Source: a virus
Taxonomy: Duplodnaviria; Caudoviricetes
Reading direction: 5' to 3' (one strand)
DNA: 64,000 nt
Virus record (IMG/VR): IMGVR_UViG_2974779332_000001
Location: 32,001 to 96,000 of that record
Part shown: piece by piece, positions 22,138 to 32,617 of the stretch
How positions within the stretch are numbered: position 1 is the stretch's first letter
Layout: every line of letters starts with the position of its first letter
The notes under the pieces: generated by a model
The model's input: only the letters and a program-made list of their open reading frames with translations
Told to the model about the DNA's origin: nothing
Database searches by the model: none
Translations under genes and position numbers: made by a program

Positions 22138-22650
22138 GTGCGCAGGGGCATTATTTATTTGGAGACCATTTTGGGTAAAAAGAAGGGCGGCCCTCGTAAG
22201 GCCAAGAAATACTTCTTTCTAGATGGGATTCCTCACAAGAAACTACAAGTAAATCATGGCGCAGACATTCTGATTGCCTGGAACTATGTTGACAAGAAGA
22301 GTGTTGCCTATGTATGGTCTGTAGCCAGAAGAAACATGGGTCGAGCTTTCCTAGGGCCAGAGGTTCAGAAAATGCTCGGCAGACATAGAAACAGTCTTCG
22401 CAATTACATTACTCAAGGACAGATACGAGAGCCGTACAAGACTTACTCTCTTGATGGCAGATTCAGTCCAGGTATGTATCTCTGGTCTGAGAAGGATATC
22501 CTTGACCTGCACGAGATGCTTGTGCATCGCAAGTATGGTGCGCTACCATCTAGAGCAGAGCTGCTAGCGATGATGCGTAATGATGTGGTTCTATACACAA
22601 AGACCCGTGATGGTGAGTTCACACCAGTGTGGCAAGAGAAAGATTGGTGA
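22138..22650 (+). CDS. putative HTH DNA-binding protein
   Basis: EVQKMLGRHRNSLRNYI MerR/excisionase-like HTH; true start may be TTG at about 22171. Confidence 0.55.
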   Translation: MRRGIIYLETILGKKKGGPRKAKKYFFLDGIPHKKLQVNHGADILIAWNYVDKKSVAYVWSVARRNMGRAFLGPEVQKMLGRHRNSLRNYITQGQIREPYKTYSLDGRFSPGMYLWSEKDILDLHEMLVHRKYGALPSRAELLAMMRNDVVLYTKTRDGEFTPVWQEKDW

Positions 22651-22653
22651 GAC

Positions 22654-22935
22654 ATGGCGACAGCCAAATACACTCCATTTGGAGATAGACTTAATCCTGC
22701 AATTGCTATCATTCAGGCAGCTAACGCTTTGGACGTTGCAGCAAAGATGGCTGTAGAATGCAAGGATGCTAGGACTCTCATTGAGGTCGCCAAGGAGTGG
22801 GTTGAAATCAGCGGCCATCTGGCGTATGATGACGAAGAAGAGAGCGACGCCCCGGAAGACAACGAGGAGCGTCGTTCATTTGGTTTCTCAGTGACGAGTG
22901 ACATTGGAGAGGAGGAAGATAGTGACAACGATTAG
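22654..22935 (+). CDS. hypothetical protein
   Basis: 93-aa ORF in operon, acidic tail. Confidence 0.6.
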   Translation: MATAKYTPFGDRLNPAIAIIQAANALDVAAKMAVECKDARTLIEVAKEWVEISGHLAYDDEEESDAPEDNEERRSFGFSVTSDIGEEEDSDND

Positions 22936-23113
22936 AGGTAGCATGACCTACACACATAACCTTGGTAACTTCCAGAGTGTTAAGGTTGACGTAGGTATCG
23001 AAGACACGGTTCGCGAAGGCGAGACGGTAGACTCAGCGTTTGATAGACTCTTCAAGAAGTTGGAAGACCAGCTTGGAGAGCGTGTTGAGAAGGCGGTGCG
23101 TGAGCTAGGATGA
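22922..23113 (+). CDS. hypothetical protein
   Basis: GTG start after GAGGAGG; NLGNFQSVKVDV motif common in phage replication regions. Confidence 0.6.
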   Translation: MTTIRGSMTYTHNLGNFQSVKVDVGIEDTVREGETVDSAFDRLFKKLEDQLGERVEKAVRELG

Positions 23114-23475
23114 CCAGGAAGCAGAAGAGTCCAAGGGCAAGAGCATTCGAGCTGATTGGCGTCTACAAAAAGCTCTATCGTGAGAAGTATGGCAAGAACC
23201 CCATGCTAAACAGCAATGTTCTACAGTGGGGTTTCATGGCTGCTATCGATGACCTTGAGTACAGTAACGCAAGGAAAGCTCTGGAATACTTTTTCACTTG
23301 CGACTCTCCTGGTCACGATGTTCAGGTCTTCTTGAACAAGTATGATAAACTCCACGAGAATCGTCTCAAGGTGGAGGAAGACGCCCGGAAGAGTAGGGAA
23401 CGTCTCCGTAAGACGGCAGCTCTAGTAGCTGCACTAGAAAAGAAGAATGAGGAGGCAATAAGTGGCGAACACTGA
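23110..23475 (+). CDS. hypothetical protein (possible helicase loader)
   Basis: 121 aa coupled to the DnaB gene. Confidence 0.55.
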   Translation: MTRKQKSPRARAFELIGVYKKLYREKYGKNPMLNSNVLQWGFMAAIDDLEYSNARKALEYFFTCDSPGHDVQVFLNKYDKLHENRLKVEEDARKSRERLRKTAALVAALEKKNEEAISGEH

Positions 23476-24682
23476 GTCAAAGCTAATCAACGCTGTTTGT
23501 CGTTCAAAGCAGGTTTCAGCCCTACTCGCTGACAACGTCGATGACCTATTCATTTCACACAAAGATGTCTGGCTTGGACTGCGTAAGTATTACATGCAGT
23601 TCAAGGCAATTCCGGACCTTTCTGTGTTGCAGGAGCGTTATGCGCTTCTTGAGGAAGTCGATGTAAAGGGCGAGCCAGAGTTCTACCTTGACGAGCTTAA
23701 GGGAGAATTCCTTCGCACTCGAATTGATGCAATCATGGGTAAGGCCGATGAGGCTCTATCCAGAGAAGCACCAGCACGAGTTCTGGCAAAAATGACCGCA
23801 GAGCTTGGTAAGCTTAACAAGTTCACCAACAATGTGCGAGACCTTAACCTGACAGATTACGAATCTGCTGAGACATACTTCCAGCAGGTTAAGGAAAAGG
23901 CGGCGGCAAATGGTAGTCCTGGTATTCCTACAGGTATCAAGGCCATCGACGCAGCATACCCAACAGGCATGGCACCTGGTCACCTAATCGTGGCTATCGG
24001 TTGGCCTGGTAAGGGAAAGACTTGGTTCACTTCCTACCTTGCCGTAAAGGCATGGGAACGTGGATTCAAGCCTATGATTGTCAGCCTTGAGATGAGTCCT
24101 GAGAACATGCGTGACCGAATTTATACTCTTATGGGTTCTGGTTTGTTCTCAGCAACTGACTTTGCTCGTGGCCAAGTAGACATTGACAACTTCCGTGCAT
24201 GGGGACAGAAGAAGCTTTCTGACCGCCCAGACTTTGTCATTGTTTCAAACGAGGGTGTTGGCGATGTTACACCAAACACTGTTCAGGCTAAGATTGAACA
24301 GCACAGGCCAGACCTGGTAATCTGTGACTATCACCAGCTATTCACCAACAACAACCGTTCAAGCTCTCCTACAGAGCGTGCAATGGGCGTGTCTCGTGAG
24401 TTCAAGCAGCTTGCAATCACGAATAACATTCCTTTGATTGACATCACCGCTGCTACTGCCGATGACACTTCAAGTAGCAAGACTGCTCCGATGCTGAACC
24501 AGGTTGCCTGGTCCAAGGCTATCGAGTATGATGCTGATATGGCGTTCGCGGTTCACCGTGACCCTGACAGCGGCCTGATGCAGGTTATTTGCCGAAAGAA
24601 CCGTCATGGTTCTGATTTCGAATTTGAAATTGATGCAGACCTGGACAAGGGTGTCTGGAAGGAATCATACGGCGGTTTCTGA
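23462..24682 (+). CDS. dnaB: DnaB-like replicative helicase
   Basis: GIPTG, Walker A GWPGKGKT, SLEM, DYHQL, IEYDAD, KNRHG. Confidence 0.93.
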   Translation: MANTESKLINAVCRSKQVSALLADNVDDLFISHKDVWLGLRKYYMQFKAIPDLSVLQERYALLEEVDVKGEPEFYLDELKGEFLRTRIDAIMGKADEALSREAPARVLAKMTAELGKLNKFTNNVRDLNLTDYESAETYFQQVKEKAAANGSPGIPTGIKAIDAAYPTGMAPGHLIVAIGWPGKGKTWFTSYLAVKAWERGFKPMIVSLEMSPENMRDRIYTLMGSGLFSATDFARGQVDIDNFRAWGQKKLSDRPDFVIVSNEGVGDVTPNTVQAKIEQHRPDLVICDYHQLFTNNNRSSSPTERAMGVSREFKQLAITNNIPLIDITAATADDTSSSKTAPMLNQVAWSKAIEYDADMAFAVHRDPDSGLMQVICRKNRHGSDFEFEIDADLDKGVWKESYGGF

Positions 24683-24978
24683 TGCACAGCAATGTCAAAA
24701 AGTTTCAGGTGGACGGTGTCATTCATGATGATGCTGATTTTCCACGTCTGAGGTCACAATTCGAAGACATGCTGGTAAAAGAAATGCGCGGTAGTGGATA
24801 CATTCCGGTCCTTGACCTAGGTCCATACTTTTCAACTGAATATCGTGAAGACAGCAGATATAACTTTGTAATAACGGCCTATGGGACATACGTTGGGAGG
24901 AGAAAAGCTTGGGAGATTCAAGGGATATGCAATGGGCAGCCAATCTCAATGACTACACCGAAGAACAAATTGAAGTAG
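24682..24978 (+). CDS. hypothetical protein
   Basis: 98-aa ORF coupled between helicase and primase. Confidence 0.6.
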   Translation: MHSNVKKFQVDGVIHDDADFPRLRSQFEDMLVKEMRGSGYIPVLDLGPYFSTEYREDSRYNFVITAYGTYVGRRKAWEIQGICNGQPISMTTPKNKLK

Positions 24979-25973
24979 TCATTCAGGGTCTTGGCGTAGA
25001 GGTTGAAGGCGAGACGGGAAACGACTTTCTCTGTTATTGTCCGTTCCATGGAAATACGGATACCCCAAGCTTCTCCGTATCCAAGAGGAACGGTACGTAC
25101 ATCTGCTTTAACGCTGCCTGTGCAGAACAAGGAAATCTGACTGGACTAGTTCAGCGGATTCGTAAGTGCAATTTGATGGAAGCCCTTCGCTTCGTCATGA
25201 AGCACAAGGAGACACGACGTGTGTCCCTTGCAGAACGCAGAGCCAAGCGTGCTAAGATGGCTGGAGACTTCACCATCTTTCCTGATGGACCATTTGACCG
25301 AATGCATGATGACTTTTGGAATTATCCAGAAGCAGTTCGATACATGGTAGAAGATAGGGGCTTCGAAGAGGAAACTCTAGAGAAGTTTCGTATTGGTTAC
25401 TCAGCAAAGAATGATATGGTGATTGTTCCAATGCATTCACCAGAAGGTCAGCACGTTGGCCTGATTGGACGTTCTTTGGAGGGGAAGAGATTCAAGAATT
25501 CCCCCGGCCTCCCAGTAAGTCGTACCTTGTGGAACCTTCACAGGGCAAAGGCTGCTGGAGATACCGTAGTAATTACAGAAGCATCTTTCGATGGTATGCG
25601 AGTAGACCAGGCTGGCTATCCTTGTGTGGTAGCATTGCTTGGTGGACATCTAAGCCTGCTGCACATCGATTTTCTTGACCGCTACTTCAACACCATCATT
25701 ATCATGACAGACTTTGATGACAAGGAGCAGCACAGGTCTCCAGTATGTAAGAAGTGTCGTGGTAAGTGTGTTGGACACAATCCAGGGCGTGACCTTGGAG
25801 TTGCTATAGTAGAAGCACTTCCTCGCAAGCGAGTGAAGTGGGCTTCATATGGCTACAAGGAGGTCTATCCAAATGGAGCAAAGGATGCTGGTAATCTCAC
25901 CGACAAGGAGATTAAAATCTGCATCCAGAACTCTGTGAGTAATTTTGAGTACAGGAGATGGGGCTTGTACTAA
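24927..25973 (+). CDS. dnaG: DNA primase (Zn finger + TOPRIM)
   Basis: CPFH..TDTPSF..CF..C zinc finger; E..FD, DFD and KD TOPRIM motifs. Confidence 0.92.
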   Translation: MQWAANLNDYTEEQIEVVIQGLGVEVEGETGNDFLCYCPFHGNTDTPSFSVSKRNGTYICFNAACAEQGNLTGLVQRIRKCNLMEALRFVMKHKETRRVSLAERRAKRAKMAGDFTIFPDGPFDRMHDDFWNYPEAVRYMVEDRGFEEETLEKFRIGYSAKNDMVIVPMHSPEGQHVGLIGRSLEGKRFKNSPGLPVSRTLWNLHRAKAAGDTVVITEASFDGMRVDQAGYPCVVALLGGHLSLLHIDFLDRYFNTIIIMTDFDDKEQHRSPVCKKCRGKCVGHNPGRDLGVAIVEALPRKRVKWASYGYKEVYPNGAKDAGNLTDKEIKICIQNSVSNFEYRRWGLY

Positions 25974-26047
25974 AGCCCCTCACCTGCTACAATATACATT
26001 AGTAGGTTCTAGGTAGCCTCAAATTCATACAGGAGATAATAAACTAA

Positions 26048-26821
26048 ATGGGAACTCTTAAGGGTCTAGCTGCAATTCGTGCCTTCGGTGAGAAGCAGGC
26101 ACAGGCGGCAAAGGAGCGCGAAGACCGTCTCAATGCACCAAAGGTTGAGTATCTAAACCTTAACGATGGTCAGAGCGTCCGGGTCCGTTTCCTCCAGGAA
26201 ATGGATGCCGAATCAGAGAACTACGACAAGACTCGTGGAACCGGTACACTTGCCGTTGAGCACGTAGTCTTCGTAAAGTCTCTGCGAAGGATGTATCGAG
26301 CAACTTGCACCATTGAAGACGAGGGTCGCTGCTACGGCTGCGAGCGTGCTCGTGCTGGTGACAAGGAATTCGCTCAGAAGCGTAACTACTACATCAATGC
26401 ACTTGTTGACTTCATGGATGGCGAAGCGCCAAAGACCATGATTGTCTCCCGAGGAATGGGTTCAACATTCTTCGCTCAGCTTTTTGAGGAGGCCGAGGAA
26501 GGTACCATCACAGAGTCCAACTACAAGATTACTCGTAAGGGTTCTGGTACCGACACCAAGTGGCTTCTAAAGGTTCTTCCAAAGGATGAACCTCTGGACG
26601 ACAGCGAGGCCACTGTTCACGACATTGACGACGAGAAGAACGGCATCATCAGGAGCTTCCCTTACGAGGCTACGAATGACAAGGCTTCTCAGGAGCAGTA
26701 TTTCTCTGGTGAGACTTACAACGACACCAAGAGCGACGCTGGTTCAGAGTCCAAGGATGCAAATGTTAAGGCAGCGCCAATGAATGGCGGCTCTGGCTAC
26801 AACATGGACGAGTCCTGGTAA
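26048..26821 (+). CDS. single-stranded DNA-binding protein (gp32-like)
   Basis: VRVRFL, H..C..CYGC Zn site, KITRKGSGTDT, acidic tail ending in W; between primase and polymerase. Confidence 0.7.
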   Translation: MGTLKGLAAIRAFGEKQAQAAKEREDRLNAPKVEYLNLNDGQSVRVRFLQEMDAESENYDKTRGTGTLAVEHVVFVKSLRRMYRATCTIEDEGRCYGCERARAGDKEFAQKRNYYINALVDFMDGEAPKTMIVSRGMGSTFFAQLFEEAEEGTITESNYKITRKGSGTDTKWLLKVLPKDEPLDDSEATVHDIDDEKNGIIRSFPYEATNDKASQEQYFSGETYNDTKSDAGSESKDANVKAAPMNGGSGYNMDESW

Positions 26822-26834
26822 GACAAACAAGATT

Positions 26835-26857
26835 GCCCCGCTTCGGCGGGGCTTCTT
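26835..26857 (+). terminator. intrinsic terminator
   Basis: GCCCCGC-TTCG-GCGGGGC-TTCTT. Confidence 0.8.
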
Positions 26858-26912
26858 GCGTCTCTGGACCACATCTGATAGAGTTGACCTACAACAACGA
26901 GGAAGGGAATCA

Positions 26913-29900
26913 ATGAAGCAGAACGTTGAACTTCACCTTCATGACCATTATTCATCCATGGACGGAACCAATACCGGAGCAGAGTATATGGTTCGTGCCA
27001 AGGAACTGGGAATGACGCACCTTGCCCAAACAAATCACGGAACCCTTGCAGGTCACCGTGAGTTTCAGCAGGCTGCGAAGGATGCAGGTATTGTTCCGAT
27101 TCTGGGAGTAGAGGCTTATATCTCTCCCACAGACCGTTTCGACAAGCGCTCAAAGGCGTCACGCTCAGACGGTACAAACGCATATAACCACCTAATCGTT
27201 CTTGCTCAGAACGAGACTGGTCTACAGACTCTCAACCGAATTAACCGTGTTGGATGGACCGAAGGCTTTTATTCAAAGCCTCGTATCGACATGGAGGTTC
27301 TGGAAAGCGACAATGAGGGTCTGATTGTTCTTTCAGGATGTCTTAACGGACTTATCTGTAAGGCGATTGAGCGAGGTGAGCTTGATGAGGCTATGGCTAT
27401 TGCCGACCGATTCAAGTCTATGCTTGGTGACCGATTCTTCATCGAGGTTCAGGGTCACAACCCTGTCGAGATGAATGAGGCATTGTTCCACATTGCTGAC
27501 ACAAAGGGAATCCTTCCTGTTGTCACAAGTGACTGCCACTACGCTCGCAAGGAAGACCTATGGATTCAGGAAGCAATGCTCATCCTGAGCACGAATCCAA
27601 AGAAGAACAAGGATGCTGAGTTCTCCAAGTCTCAGAAGATGGAGATGCTTGAGCGATTCAATTACCTGTACCCTGACCGCAAGATGACGTTCGAGAAGAT
27701 TGAGATTTACCTTCACGACGCTCAGGAGCACATGGATGCTTTTAGGGCTCAGGGATTTGACCGTGAGGACATCATCACCAATACGCATGTTGTAGCAGAC
27801 ATGATTGGTGATTATCCATTCCATCAGGGACTTGACCTGCTTCCTCGTCCAAAGGACATTAGTCCTGATGACTTGCTGGAAGAAAAGGCCCGGCAGGGAT
27901 TGAAGGACAAGGGCTTTGCAGATAATCAGAAGTACGTAGAACGACTTGAAGAAGAACTAGAAATCATCAAGTCAAAGGACTTCTCAACCTACTTCATCAT
28001 TGTCGAAGACATGATTACGTGGGCAAAGAGTCAGGGCATTCTGGTTGGTCCTGGTCGTGGTTCCGGTGCTGGTTCCCTTGTGAACTACGTTCTTGGTATC
28101 ACTGACATTGACCCAATTGCTGAGAACCTTCTGTTCTTCCGATTCATTAACCCTGAGCGAAATGACTTCCCTGACATTGACACCGACTTCGAGGATGCTC
28201 GTCGTGGTGAGGTCAAGGAATACCTTCGTAAGAAGTACAAGAATGTAGCATCCATCGCTACATTCGGATACTTCAAGGATAAGGTGGTAATCAAGGACGC
28301 TGCTCGTGTATTCTGCGTTCCTGTTGGTGAGGTCAACCGTGCTCTTAAGTACGTTGACAACTGGGACCAGTTCATGTCATCATCTACCACTGAGGAGTTT
28401 CGTAAGAAGTATCCAGAAGTGCTCAAGCTGGCAGACAGGCTTCGTGGCCGAATCCGTCAGTCTGGCATGCACGCGGCTGGTGTGGTAATTGCAAATCAGC
28501 CTCTGGCCAACTTCGCACCGATTGAAACTGCAAAGGACCCGAACGACCCTGATGGTCCTCGTATCCCCCTTGTGGCTATGGACATGGACCAGGCTGCCGA
28601 CCTTGGGCTCGTAAAGCTTGATGCTCTTGGTCTAAAGTGTCTCAGCATTATCAAGGACACTCTTCGCATGATTGAGGAGCGACACGGAAAGAAGGTTGTT
28701 CTAAACGACATTCCTCTGACTGACAGCCGTGTGTACGGAATGCTTTCTGATGGATACACCAAGGGTGTCTTCCAGTGTGAGGCTACCGCATACACCAAGC
28801 TGATTATCAAGATGGGTGGAGTTAGCAACTTCGATGAGCTAGCAGCGTCCAACGCTCTTGTTCGTCCTGGTGCAATGAACACCATTGGTGCTGAGTACAT
28901 CGCTCGAAAGAACGGAAAGTCTCCTGTAAAGTACCACCACTTTGAGATGAAGCCATTCACCTCAGAGACCTATGGTGAGATTCTGTACCAGGAGCAGGTC
29001 ATGCAGACCATGACGGAATTGGCCGGAATGGGAATGGCCACTGCTGACAAGGTTCGTAAGATTATTGGTAAGAAGAAGGACGCTAGTGAGTTCGATGCCT
29101 ACCGTGACGAATTCATGGAAGGTGCGAGTAAGAAGGTTCATCCTGCTGTTGCTGAAAAGCTCTGGCACGACTTCGAGGCTCACGCTGGCTATTCCTTCAA
29201 CAAGTCTCACGCTGTTGCCTACTCACGGCTTAGCTACTGGACTGCATGGCTCAAGAAGCATTACCCACTTGAGTTCATGTGTGCTACGCTTCGCAATGAG
29301 GGCGACAAGGATGCTCTGACCGAATACCTGATTGAGACAAAGCGCATGGGCATCAAGATGCTTCTGCCTCACGTCAATATCTCAGGAGTCAACTTCGAAA
29401 TTGAGGGTGACGCAATTCGGTTCGGTCTCACGAATATTAAGTTCATTCGTGAGAATGGTGCTCGTCAGCTCATGGAGTATCGTCCATTCACGTCATACAC
29501 TGACCTTGAAGAGAAGGTCAAGGAAAAGGGTAATGGTCTGACGGTACGTACACTGACCGGTCTAAACGCCATTGGTGCAGCGGCCTTTGAGGACCATCCT
29601 CGTACAGGAAATGAGCGTGAGAACTTCTACGAGTATCTTCGCATTCCTGCTTTCGAATTGAAGTTCATTCCACCAAAGGTCAGGGCTCAAATGACTGATT
29701 TGGAAGACTTCAAGGACAAGGGTGCATTCTGTGTCCTTGCCATGGTTCGAGGAATCAAGCGTGGTGAAGGATGGGCTCGACTGGATATGATTGATGAGAC
29801 TGGCACTGCTGGTGTCTTCACAAATCCAGAGACTCCTATTGAGTCTGGCCAGATGTATGCTATCCTGGTATCTGACAACAGGGTCGCGAGGTTTGCGACT

Positions 29901-30197
29901 ATGGATGAACTAATCCACAAGATTCCAAATGGCTTCGTGGAATACCTTTACGCAAGTGAGTACGGTGACATTCCGGAAGGAATGTACAAGGTTCTCGCTT
30001 TTCAGAGGTACAAGACGAAGGCCGGTAAGATGATGGCGTACACAACAGTATGTGATTCTGAAAAGAACATGTATCCTGTTATGGCCTTCCCTACCATGTT
30101 CCATAAGGCATATGGTAAGTGCAAAGATGGTGCAGTAATCGATGCAGTCCTTAAGCAGACGCAGGAAGGTAGCTGGTTCTACGACAATATCCTGTGA
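26913..30197 (+). CDS. dnaE: DNA polymerase III alpha subunit
   Basis: PHP HLHDHYS, GRGSGAGS, FPDIDTD, GMHAAGVV, KLDALGL, YSFNKSH; no intein seen. Confidence 0.97.
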   Translation: MKQNVELHLHDHYSSMDGTNTGAEYMVRAKELGMTHLAQTNHGTLAGHREFQQAAKDAGIVPILGVEAYISPTDRFDKRSKASRSDGTNAYNHLIVLAQNETGLQTLNRINRVGWTEGFYSKPRIDMEVLESDNEGLIVLSGCLNGLICKAIERGELDEAMAIADRFKSMLGDRFFIEVQGHNPVEMNEALFHIADTKGILPVVTSDCHYARKEDLWIQEAMLILSTNPKKNKDAEFSKSQKMEMLERFNYLYPDRKMTFEKIEIYLHDAQEHMDAFRAQGFDREDIITNTHVVADMIGDYPFHQGLDLLPRPKDISPDDLLEEKARQGLKDKGFADNQKYVERLEEELEIIKSKDFSTYFIIVEDMITWAKSQGILVGPGRGSGAGSLVNYVLGITDIDPIAENLLFFRFINPERNDFPDIDTDFEDARRGEVKEYLRKKYKNVASIATFGYFKDKVVIKDAARVFCVPVGEVNRALKYVDNWDQFMSSSTTEEFRKKYPEVLKLADRLRGRIRQSGMHAAGVVIANQPLANFAPIETAKDPNDPDGPRIPLVAMDMDQAADLGLVKLDALGLKCLSIIKDTLRMIEERHGKKVVLNDIPLTDSRVYGMLSDGYTKGVFQCEATAYTKLIIKMGGVSNFDELAASNALVRPGAMNTIGAEYIARKNGKSPVKYHHFEMKPFTSETYGEILYQEQVMQTMTELAGMGMATADKVRKIIGKKKDASEFDAYRDEFMEGASKKVHPAVAEKLWHDFEAHAGYSFNKSHAVAYSRLSYWTAWLKKHYPLEFMCATLRNEGDKDALTEYLIETKRMGIKMLLPHVNISGVNFEIEGDAIRFGLTNIKFIRENGARQLMEYRPFTSYTDLEEKVKEKGNGLTVRTLTGLNAIGAAAFEDHPRTGNERENFYEYLRIPAFELKFIPPKVRAQMTDLEDFKDKGAFCVLAMVRGIKRGEGWARLDMIDETGTAGVFTNPETPIESGQMYAILVSDNRVARFATMDELIHKIPNGFVEYLYASEYGDIPEGMYKVLAFQRYKTKAGKMMAYTTVCDSEKNMYPVMAFPTMFHKAYGKCKDGAVIDAVLKQTQEGSWFYDNIL

Positions 30198-30400
30198 GGA
30201 GTATGATGGATGAAGCAATCAGGCCAGAAGACATTCTGCGCCTGTTGCTTATCGCTAATGGCCCTGTCACTATCTCTGCTGATGAGATGGACAGGGCCCT
30301 CGGTGATGCAACACAATATCAAGTAGCTGTAAGCTACGAACCATTCAAAGATGAGTTCACTATACACTTGGAGAGTAATGAACGACCTGTCAATGACTGA
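30194..30400 (+). CDS. hypothetical protein
   Basis: Short ORF coupled to dnaE. Confidence 0.55.
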   Translation: MRSMMDEAIRPEDILRLLLIANGPVTISADEMDRALGDATQYQVAVSYEPFKDEFTIHLESNERPVND

Positions 30401-30728
30401 TTACCAGATGGCTGCTGCTGAAACTGGCATCTATCCTGGACATGGCGAGGCGACCACAGAGGCAATCGGTTATACCGTCCTTGGCCTTGTGGGCGAAGCT
30501 GGTGAAATTGCCAATGGCTTCAAGAAGACCATCCGAGATGAGGATGGAATTGTTACCGCAGAGAAGGCGAAGGCTCTGGCAGCAGAGCTTGGAGATGTTC
30601 TCTGGTATGTTGCCAATCTTGCCAATGAGCTTGGATATCCTCTGGAGCTAATCGCAAAGCAGAATCTCCAGAAGCTCAAGTCACGTCAGGCTCGTGGCGT
30701 AATCAGCGGTAGCGGCGACAACCGCTAG
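30378..30728 (+). CDS. MazG-like NTP pyrophosphohydrolase
   Basis: GLVGEAGE...ELGDVLWY...N..KL..R motif. Confidence 0.9.
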   Translation: MNDLSMTDYQMAAAETGIYPGHGEATTEAIGYTVLGLVGEAGEIANGFKKTIRDEDGIVTAEKAKALAAELGDVLWYVANLANELGYPLELIAKQNLQKLKSRQARGVISGSGDNR

Positions 30729-30743
30729 ATGCTACAATAGAGC

Positions 30744-30944
30744 ATGAGCACAGAAGCATATTTCCTCCGGGGAGTCGAAGACGAACACCTATTGGTATTC
30801 CGAGGCGACGACGCGGAGGAAATTTTGTTTATCATTAAGCGGTTGGCCGCCTGCCGCGATAAAAAAATAAAGGCAATGGCAGAAAAACTTGAAGAGGAAT
30901 GGAACCAAAGAGAATATGGAAATAGAAGAGGAGATTCTAGCTAA
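30744..30944 (+). CDS. hypothetical protein
   Basis: 66 aa directly after TGCTACAAT extended -10 (probably leaderless). Confidence 0.55.
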   Translation: MSTEAYFLRGVEDEHLLVFRGDDAEEILFIIKRLAACRDKKIKAMAEKLEEEWNQREYGNRRGDSS

Positions 30945-31920
30945 GCTGAGTCCAAAGGTTCTGGCAAGAGCCAAGATGGCTTCCGAAGTGCAATTGATGA
31001 AGCAGCCCACTCCAAGCACAGGGCTTAACTCTGCATTGCGTGGTGGCATCGGTTATGGACGGCAGACCCTTATTTGGGGTAGCAAGTCAGCAGGAAAGTC
31101 AACATTCTGTCTGGGAACGTTGGGAATTGCTCAGGCGTCCGGAAAGCGGGCGGCATTTATCGATGCAGAGCAGTCCTTTGACCCTTCTTGGGCAGAGCGT
31201 CTAGGAGTAGATACTAGAAAGCTTATCTACACAGACGTAAAAACCATTGAGGATATGGTAAGTGCAGGCGTCGAATTCATGAAGGCTGGCGTGGACATTG
31301 TCACCGTAGACTCAATCTCAGCACTATTGTCCTCAGCGTATTTTGAAAAGGACAAGAAGAATGACGAACTAAAGGAACTTTCTGGAACAAAGCAGATTGG
31401 TTCTGAGGCTCGTGAGTTGGCTAACGGCGTAAAGATGCTGAACTACGCTAACAAGCAGACTGCTCTGATTCTTATCTCTCAGGTTCGTAACAAGATTACG
31501 ACTTATGGAGCAATGCATCAGGCAACTGGTGGTCACGCAGTAGATTTCTTTAGCTCTACAGTAGTAAAGCTATGGAGTTCTGCCAGGGATGATGACCAGA
31601 TTAAGGGTGAAGTCTACAACGGCGACCTTGTTCTAAAGCAGCCAATTGGCCGTAAGGTCATCTGGAATATCGATAAGAACAAGCTTGGGCCTCCAAACAG
31701 GTCTGGCGAATACAGCCTCTTTTACGATGGAGACTTCATCGGAATTGACCAGGTTGGAGAAGCAGTGGACGTGGGTGTAGCTCTAGGCATCGTCAATAAG
31801 TCAGGAAACTGGCTTACGTATGAAGACCTCAAGGTCAACGGTAAGGACAGCTTCACCATTCAACTGAGACAGCAGCCAGAATTGGCAGAAAAGCTGGTGA
31901 AGGAGGTAGAGGCTTCATGA
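30916..31920 (+). CDS. recA: RecA-like recombinase
   Basis: GSKSAGKST Walker A, AFIDAEQSFD, VDSISAL, ISQVR, TGG, KNK. Confidence 0.93.
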   Translation: MEIEEEILAKLSPKVLARAKMASEVQLMKQPTPSTGLNSALRGGIGYGRQTLIWGSKSAGKSTFCLGTLGIAQASGKRAAFIDAEQSFDPSWAERLGVDTRKLIYTDVKTIEDMVSAGVEFMKAGVDIVTVDSISALLSSAYFEKDKKNDELKELSGTKQIGSEARELANGVKMLNYANKQTALILISQVRNKITTYGAMHQATGGHAVDFFSSTVVKLWSSARDDDQIKGEVYNGDLVLKQPIGRKVIWNIDKNKLGPPNRSGEYSLFYDGDFIGIDQVGEAVDVGVALGIVNKSGNWLTYEDLKVNGKDSFTIQLRQQPELAEKLVKEVEAS

Positions 31921-32117
31921 TTAATCCATTTCTACAGCCGCCACAGAAGCCCGTCGATGATGTACCTCAAGGTATTCTCATCGACGGTACCTTTGTCTGC
32001 ATGACATGCAATGAGTCTTGTGATGAGGCAGAGTATTTCCCTGTCGAAAAGATTCTGGTGTGGCTATGCACAAACGAACATCGGTCAGCGATTGAAGGGT
32101 TTAGTCTAGGTGTCTGA
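31917..32117 (+). CDS. small zinc-binding protein
   Basis: CMTC...C..EH. Confidence 0.55.
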   Translation: MINPFLQPPQKPVDDVPQGILIDGTFVCMTCNESCDEAEYFPVEKILVWLCTNEHRSAIEGFSLGV

Positions 32118-32424
32118 GGAAAACGAAATCAAGAGGGATGGCGGTAGGGCTCAGAAGAATTCAGGTCGTGGCAAAATTCAAAAGGGTGACGCTACTCTGG
32201 GCCCATTCTGTTACGACATTAAGGAGTATGCTAGCTCTTTCAGTGTTAGCATCTCCAACTGGGGTAAGGTTTGCACAGATGCCTTCAAGTCTGGTAGGAT
32301 GATACCTGCCTTCAAACTCGTGTTGGGGGCCGGTAATCGAAAGGTACGTCTCTGGGTTATTGGAGACGACATGTTCAAAGAAATGCTAGAAGCATGGGAG
32401 GAGAAGTATGGCGAAGCTAATTAG
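32110..32424 (+). CDS. PD-(D/E)XK nuclease / Holliday junction resolvase-like protein
   Basis: NSG.G..KGD....DIK pattern. Confidence 0.6.
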   Translation: MSEENEIKRDGGRAQKNSGRGKIQKGDATLGPFCYDIKEYASSFSVSISNWGKVCTDAFKSGRMIPAFKLVLGAGNRKVRLWVIGDDMFKEMLEAWEEKYGEAN

Positions 32425-32617
32425 GCTCCAGTTTTTCAGGAGCGACAACGGACTCCTTGCATATCGTGAGTATGACGACGGTAGCTCAAAGGGAGGACGA
32501 GTAACTGATGAAGAGGCCAAGCGCCTTTCAGCTCAGCTATTCGATGAAGAGACTCTTGGTCTATATGAGGCCACAGACCTTGTGAAGGATGAAGATGAGC
32601 GACCTGACTCCACTTGA
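32408..32617 (+). CDS. hypothetical protein
   Basis: 69-aa ORF with GGAGG RBS. Confidence 0.5.
   Translation: MAKLIRLQFFRSDNGLLAYREYDDGSSKGGRVTDEEAKRLSAQLFDEETLGLYEATDLVKDEDERPDST

Noticed and set aside
26784-26912. N-terminal extension of DnaE in the ORF track
   Set aside because: Overlaps the SSB end and a terminator; the RBS-supported start is ATG 26913, just before the PHP motif.
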